Shown: one piece after another, positions 59,073-64,000 of the stretch
Layout of the letters: every line of letters begins with the position of its first letter
Numbering within the stretch: the stretch's first letter is position 1
Source of the DNA: Spirochaetia bacterium
Lineage (GTDB): Bacteria > Spirochaetota > Spirochaetia > SZUA-6 > Bin103
DNA: 64,000 nucleotides
Assembly: GCA_965203055.1 (NCBI GenBank)
Contig: OZ241863.1
Span: 4,096,001-4,160,000 of the forward strand
Direction of reading: 5' to 3'
Position numbers and translations under genes: made by a program
Notes under the pieces: generated by a model
What the model was told of the DNA's origin: nothing
Databases searched by the model: none
Seen by the model: only the letters and a program-made list of their open reading frames with translations

Positions 59073-61859
59073 TCAAGAGTCCTCGATCCTTACCCTGCCG
59101 GACAGGCCGAGGTCTTGCAAGGCTTGCCGCATCTCGGTTTCCAGGTTCGGGGCGGACTGCGCGTCGACGGTTACCGACAGTTCGATGCCGACGCTCAGCT
59201 CCTTGCCGGACCGGAGCTTCGGCAGCAGCCGGGTTCCCAGCCGGTTCCAGACTTCGGGCGGCACGGTGCCGGCCAGCCGCAGGGTCGTGTCGGCCGCGCC
59301 GGCGGGGCGCCGGGGGGGCGGTCCGGGCGGCGCGGGCTGCGGATCGGGCCGGGGTTCGGGGTCCGGTTTCGGGGCCGGCCCGGGTTGCGGCGGCGGGCAC
59401 GGACGGTCGGGGCCGGGGCGGAGCGTTTCGGCCGCGGCCTTGGTGAGCAGGAAGACGTCGGCTTCGAAGGCCACTTCCTCACGGGCGACCGGCTCCGCGT
59501 ACCAGAGCCGTTGGAAGCTGCCGTCCTCGCGGCGGCCGGAGGCGAGGCCGAAGGCGCCGTTCGCGACGAACGCGACGATCTGCCGGCGCAGGACCGCGTC
59601 CGTATCGAGCAGCCGCGTCAGGGTGCCGTTGAGGAAACTCTGGCGCAGGCCGGTGAGCGGCCACGCCCCGGCCTCCCGCAGCGCCGGCGGCCAGTTGCGG
59701 TCGAGGTAACCGGCGCCCACCGACTCGTTCAGCAGCGCCTCCGCCTGCAACACGTTGATCACCCGGGCGCACAGCGTATCGCCGGCGCTGGCGTGGCCGG
59801 CGCCGAGATCGATCACCTTGAGGCCGCGCCGCTGCCGGCCGTCGGCCAGCGCCACGAAGCGGTAGCCGGCCCACACCTCCTCCCGAGCCGCGGCGCGCGC
59901 TTCGGCGACCTGGGCGCGGACGCCGGCGCGTTCCGCGCGGTCATACTCGGCGCCCAGGACGCCCTCGTCCAACTCGTGCGCCACGCGCTGCCAGGCGAGC
60001 CACAGCTCGACCGCGCGGCGCAGCTCGCGGCCCGGCTTGCGCGCGCACCAGACCAGCGAGCCGGGGTACAGCCGCGGCGAGCCGCCCCGTTCGCGGGTCC
60101 AGCGGCCGGTGCGCTCGACGATGCCGTCGCCCTCCGTCCACTCCTCGTCGGGGTCCAGCACGACCAGCGCCAGGCGCGGCGAATCCGCAAGCGCGGCGCT
60201 CTCCTCCGGAAAGAACGCCACCGGCAGCGCCGCGCCGATCTTGAACTCGTCGGCGACCAGCTTGCGCAGCGCCGGTCTGATCTCGGTCTCCTCGTCGAGC
60301 GACGCGCGCCGGTCGCTGACCACTTTCTTCAGGGTCGCCTGATGGTGGATGCGGTAGCCGTCGGTGCCCACCTTGCGCAGGAAGAAGCCGGCCCCTTCCA
60401 GGGCGCCGGCGGCGTTGTCGATGGTGGTCGTTTCCAGGTCGGGCTCGCCGAGCGCGAAGCGCAGCTCCGGCAGGTGGGCCACCTTGTCGACCTGCCCGCC
60501 GGACGACTCGAACAGGATGGCGGCGCCGGCGCGGCGGTGGATGTCGCGCAGCGCCCCGGCGGAGTCAGCGTCGAGCGCCCGCGCATGCGCCAGCGGCCCG
60601 GCCAGGTCGGCGTCGATCGCCGCGTCGAGCCGGTTCTCGCCCAGTTGGCCCAGGAGCACGGCGCGGAACTCCGGGACCTCCAGCGGCGCCGATCCCAGCG
60701 TGATCAGCGGCTCGGTGCGCGCCTTGCGGAACTGCTCGCGCGCGGCCCACGAGACCCACTGCGCCAGCATGGCCAGCGCGCCGCGCGTCTGCTGGAACTG
60801 GGCGAGCGCCCGCCACTTGCGTTGAAAGACCGACAGCGTCGCCGGATGGAACGGATAGCAGGCTGCGAACCGGCTCCGCAGAAACTCCCGCGCCCGGGAT
60901 TCGGTCGCCGCGGTGTCGACCGCCAGCCATTCGGGCGGCAGCCGCGCGGACCGCTCGAAGCACCATTCGGCATAGGTCTTGGCGACCTTCTTGCGGACCC
61001 GCTCGCCGCCCAGGTCCTCGAACAGCCGCCGGCGCACCACCTCGCTGATCTCCGATTCGTCGTTGGCGATCAGGTCGCGGGCGACGCGCCGCACCACCTT
61101 GGTGATCCGGTCCTGCCACTGCTGGTCCCAATCGGTCATCTCCACCTGGCTGCGCGGCAGGCTCACGACCGCGGCCGCGCCGGCGGTGCCGGTGACCGCC
61201 ACCGTCAGGTTCTGCAGGAAGGCGTGGAAGGGCTCGGCCAGGCCGCGGTGGCGGTTGACGAAGTTGAGCACCTCGTCGAACAGCAGCAGCACCGGCGCCC
61301 GCGCGGCGGCGAACAGGCGCGCCAGCGCCTCGGTTCCCGGCGGCGCAGTGTGGGCCGCGGCGCCGAGCGCGGCCACCCCCCGGTCGCCGGCAAGCTGGCG
61401 CGCCAGATCGATCCAGGGCGTCTCCCGCCCGGGCGTGGGGTCCCAGGCGTTGCCCACGAATACGCCGGCGCGGGCCGCGGGAATCTCCGCCAACCCGGCC
61501 GCGCGCAGCAGCCCGGCCACCCCGGAGAACCCCGCGGCCGCCTGCCCGGTGTTGGCGAGGTGGTACAGCGCGGTGAGGGTATGCGTCTTGCCGCCGCCGA
61601 ACTGGGTGATGAGAGTAAGGACCGGCGCGGTATTCCCGCTCCTGCCGGCCAGCCGCCGCAGCACCATCCCGGCGTGCTCCCGCAACGCGCGCGTGAAGCA
61701 GGTGCGGGCGAAGAACTGCGCCGGATCGCGGTAGTCCTCCGGCGCCGTGCCGGCGACCACCTGCTCCAGCGCGATGGCAAACTCGTCCGGGCTGAACGAC
61801 CGCCCCTCCCGCACTTCCTTGCGCAGCGTAACGACCCGATACCAGGGTTCCAGAGCCAT
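59073..61859 (-). CDS. DUF499 AAA+ ATPase (defence-associated)
   Basis: PWYRVVTLR, EFA, FFARTCFT, Walker A FGGGKTH, Walker B LLFDE, YPFHP, FQQTRGAL. Confidence 0.85.
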   Translation of the reverse strand: MALEPWYRVVTLRKEVREGRSFSPDEFAIALEQVVAGTAPEDYRDPAQFFARTCFTRALREHAGMVLRRLAGRSGNTAPVLTLITQFGGGKTHTLTALYHLANTGQAAAGFSGVAGLLRAAGLAEIPAARAGVFVGNAWDPTPGRETPWIDLARQLAGDRGVAALGAAAHTAPPGTEALARLFAAARAPVLLLFDEVLNFVNRHRGLAEPFHAFLQNLTVAVTGTAGAAAVVSLPRSQVEMTDWDQQWQDRITKVVRRVARDLIANDESEISEVVRRRLFEDLGGERVRKKVAKTYAEWCFERSARLPPEWLAVDTAATESRAREFLRSRFAACYPFHPATLSVFQRKWRALAQFQQTRGALAMLAQWVSWAAREQFRKARTEPLITLGSAPLEVPEFRAVLLGQLGENRLDAAIDADLAGPLAHARALDADSAGALRDIHRRAGAAILFESSGGQVDKVAHLPELRFALGEPDLETTTIDNAAGALEGAGFFLRKVGTDGYRIHHQATLKKVVSDRRASLDEETEIRPALRKLVADEFKIGAALPVAFFPEESAALADSPRLALVVLDPDEEWTEGDGIVERTGRWTRERGGSPRLYPGSLVWCARKPGRELRRAVELWLAWQRVAHELDEGVLGAEYDRAERAGVRAQVAEARAAAREEVWAGYRFVALADGRQRRGLKVIDLGAGHASAGDTLCARVINVLQAEALLNESVGAGYLDRNWPPALREAGAWPLTGLRQSFLNGTLTRLLDTDAVLRRQIVAFVANGAFGLASGRREDGSFQRLWYAEPVAREEVAFEADVFLLTKAAAETLRPGPDRPCPPPQPGPAPKPDPEPRPDPQPAPPGPPPRRPAGAADTTLRLAGTVPPEVWNRLGTRLLPKLRSGKELSVGIELSVTVDAQSAPNLETEMRQALQDLGLSGRVRIEDS

Positions 61860-61870
61860 GTTCCCAGTCC

Positions 61871-62479
61871 TTATCGTGTTGCGCGACGCCGCAGTGTGGC
61901 GCGCAAGTCGTCGAGGAACGCCTTGAGGGAGGAATCGTTCCTGCCGGCCCGGTAGAGGTCCATGGATTCTACCAGCTCCGGCGCGAACTCCACCCCTCCG
62001 AGGGCGACCGGGTGGCCGCCCTGTGAAATCGCGGATATCAGGATCTTCTTGTAATGGTCACGGGCGCACTTCCGGGTGCCAACGTCCGGGCGATGGCCCA
62101 CGATACTCTCGAACGACTGAGGGTCCGCAACGTACCATCGTTCCACGTGTGGATCGGGACACGCGACGACGAGCCGGTCACGCAACGATGGCTCCGCGGC
62201 GTCGCGCAAGCGCTTCCGTGCATCTACGAACGTTGAGCAGTTGCCGTCGATGGCGACCACCACCAGATCGGCGGGAGTGCTGCTCGATCCGCTCTGCGCC
62301 GCGAAACGCTGGTAGAGCTTGAATTCAGTGACCGCTCGTCCGTGCCCGCCGGTCGCGGAACGTACGCGCGGCCATACGTCGATGTTCTCTTCTCGAGCGA
62401 GCCGCGTCAGCAGCGGCTTGACGAACTCCTCGTGAGCACGGTCTTCGACGAAGATGTCCACCACGAACGGGTCACTCAT
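61871..62479 (-). CDS. TOPRIM-like (DUF4276/RloB-like) partner of the AAA ATPase
   Basis: IFVEDRAHE, VVAIDGN, HVERWYVAD; overlaps the ATPase stop by 8 nt. Confidence 0.6.
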   Translation of the reverse strand: MSDPFVVDIFVEDRAHEEFVKPLLTRLAREENIDVWPRVRSATGGHGRAVTEFKLYQRFAAQSGSSSTPADLVVVAIDGNCSTFVDARKRLRDAAEPSLRDRLVVACPDPHVERWYVADPQSFESIVGHRPDVGTRKCARDHYKKILISAISQGGHPVALGGVEFAPELVESMDLYRAGRNDSSLKAFLDDLRATLRRRATR

Positions 62480-63713
62480 CTATGAACCCGCGCAGGGCCA
62501 GGCTTTCGAACATGCCGTCTTCCGCCCGGCTGGCGAGGGCGCGGACGATCTCCGCATCCTTGAACAGTGCACCGGATACGTCGAAGGGCTCGATTACGGT
62601 CCCGTGCGAAGCGAGGCGAACATTGAACAGCCCGACGTCACTTGGATCGGACAGCTCGTGCTTCAACTTCAGAATCGCATCGGCAAACAACGGGGAGTGG
62701 GTGGTGACGACGATCTGGCGTCGTTCGGCCAGCGAGATTAGAAGCCGAGCGATCAGTTCGATCCGCCGCGGATGAACGCCGTTCTCCGGCTCCTCCAGGG
62801 TCAGCAGAGAACCGCTCCAGGGATTCAACGCGACCGTGCACAGCGCGAGCACTCGGAGCGTACCTTCCGACAAGACGCGCGAGGAGTATTCGACTCCTGC
62901 CTGGCGGATCATCAGATTCAACGTACCGCGCCGCTGGTCCAGATCGACGCTCAGCGATTCGATGCTCGGTACGATCGAGCGCACGGCGCGCGAGACGGCA
63001 TCGAAATGCTTGCGGCGCTCGGCGCGGAGCTTGTAGAGGAACGCGGCGACGTACTCTCCGTGAATGCCGATGTCGAACACGTCCGCCGGCGACTGTTCCG
63101 CGCGCATCCCCATCCGCGGCTCGAAGTAGTAGGTGCGCCAGTTCAGCAGTTCCGTCCGAGTGTGCTCCAGCCAGGGATACCCGGCGCCGCTCAGGCTTTG
63201 ATCGGACAGGATGGAGTGATTCTGGCCGACCGGCTCCTGCCGCGGGTGCGCCGGTTTCCCCTTGCGGCGGATGTGGAGGTTGGCGCCTACCCGTTCGATG
63301 GCAGCCGTTCCCCTGGGTTGGCCGGTAGCGCCCAGTTGGGCCAGATATTCGTCGGCAACGCTCAGGTGACCCGATCTGAAGTCCATCTCCGGCTCGATGC
63401 GATAGCGGTAGCAGCCCTTCTCCGCGGTGAGATCGGCCTCCAACGTGAATCTGGCAGACCCTCTTTCCAGCAGCGCCGGCAGCCCGTCGGGACCGATGGA
63501 GAAGGCTTCGAAGGAGTATCCGCGAACCGGCAGCGGACCGCCAAGCGCGTCATACAAAGTGCGCGCGTTACCCATCCAAGAGAGGGCCTGGACGGCGTCC
63601 AGCAGATTGCTCTTGCCCACGGCATTGGGCCCGAACAGCACGGCCAGCCGCGGCAGATCGACGGTGACGTCGCGCAGCGACTTGAAGCCGCGGACGGTCA
63701 ATCGGTTGAGCAT
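62472..63713 (-). CDS. ABC-type (AAA_21/AAA_15) ATPase
   Basis: GFKS, GPNAVGKSN, signature LSEGTLR, LEEPENGVHP, TTHSP. Confidence 0.88.
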   Translation of the reverse strand: MLNRLTVRGFKSLRDVTVDLPRLAVLFGPNAVGKSNLLDAVQALSWMGNARTLYDALGGPLPVRGYSFEAFSIGPDGLPALLERGSARFTLEADLTAEKGCYRYRIEPEMDFRSGHLSVADEYLAQLGATGQPRGTAAIERVGANLHIRRKGKPAHPRQEPVGQNHSILSDQSLSGAGYPWLEHTRTELLNWRTYYFEPRMGMRAEQSPADVFDIGIHGEYVAAFLYKLRAERRKHFDAVSRAVRSIVPSIESLSVDLDQRRGTLNLMIRQAGVEYSSRVLSEGTLRVLALCTVALNPWSGSLLTLEEPENGVHPRRIELIARLLISLAERRQIVVTTHSPLFADAILKLKHELSDPSDVGLFNVRLASHGTVIEPFDVSGALFKDAEIVRALASRAEDGMFESLALRGFIDE

Positions 63714-64000
63714 TATGTCGTGGTCTTGCCCCAGCGGTGCTGTATGTGCTTGACCGCCTCATCGACGGGAAGCGCGCGGGTCGCGTTGCCGGTTCGCAAG
63801 TAGAAGACCGCCGTCTTCTGGTCGTCCACGTAGATTGGATAGTCGCTTGGCTCGACGGTGATCTGACAGACATCCTCACCGTCGATCTCATGGAAGGTTA
63901 CGGTAAGGAATACCGACGCCGCTTCGCCCAGGTCGCGCGCGACAAGCTGCCGCAAGTGAAGCTCGAAACCGTCGCGGTCCTTCTTGTGGAGCGTGCCATA
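63713..64000 (-). CDS. C-terminal part of a Schlafen/AlbA_2-domain protein (runs off the window)
   Basis: Frame open to the window edge: KDRDGFELHL...VCQITVEPS...FYLRTGNATRAL; TAATG overlap with the ATPase start. Confidence 0.7.
   Translation of the reverse strand, partial: YGTLHKKDRDGFELHLRQLVARDLGEAASVFLTVTFHEIDGEDVCQITVEPSDYPIYVDDQKTAVFYLRTGNATRALPVDEAVKHIQHRWGKTTT

Noticed and set aside
62139..62154. CGTTCCACGTGTGGAT as a second parS
   Set aside because: The right half does not match GGAAC/GAAAC, and it lies inside an accessory CDS

Overview
A very GC-rich bacterial chromosome segment spanning the replication origin, most likely from a Spirochaetota. The evidence is an archaeal-type PheS/PheT pair, an L34 with the C-terminal SVSDEKKPY extension, tRNA-Arg(GCG), a DAHP synthase-prephenate dehydratase fusion and spirochaete-like lipoproteins. 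Core content: pheST; gatCAB-aspS; recR-ybaB-dnaX preceded by SRP RNA and five tRNAs (all four Ser isoacceptors plus Arg-GCG); a family-5 ABC importer; two sulfatases; and a long co-directional block dnaA-dnaN-recF-dciA-rpmH-rnpA-yidD-yidC-jag-gyrB-gyrA-(small LAGLIDADG-like ORF)-parA-parB, with DnaA boxes on both sides of dnaA. Accessory content: an orphan N4/N6 DNA methyltransferase, a low-GC patch, two Uma2 genes, an HNH gene, tRNA-Leu, and the end of a DUF499 defence locus with a nested ATPase/TOPRIM-like pair. The four most interesting observations are: (1) a stand-alone 115-aa single-motif LAGLIDADG-like gene directly upstream of parAB, bracketed by a parS site and parS half-sites, with a palindrome over the putative parA promoter; (2) a perfect sigma54 -24/-12 promoter driving a divergent sigma70-like gene; (3) two transposase-less cassettes bounded by related GGGCGCA(C/T)T inverted ends and flanking direct repeats, each carrying a nuclease gene; (4) the nested defence locus. 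All assignments come from reading motifs by eye; no database searches were run.
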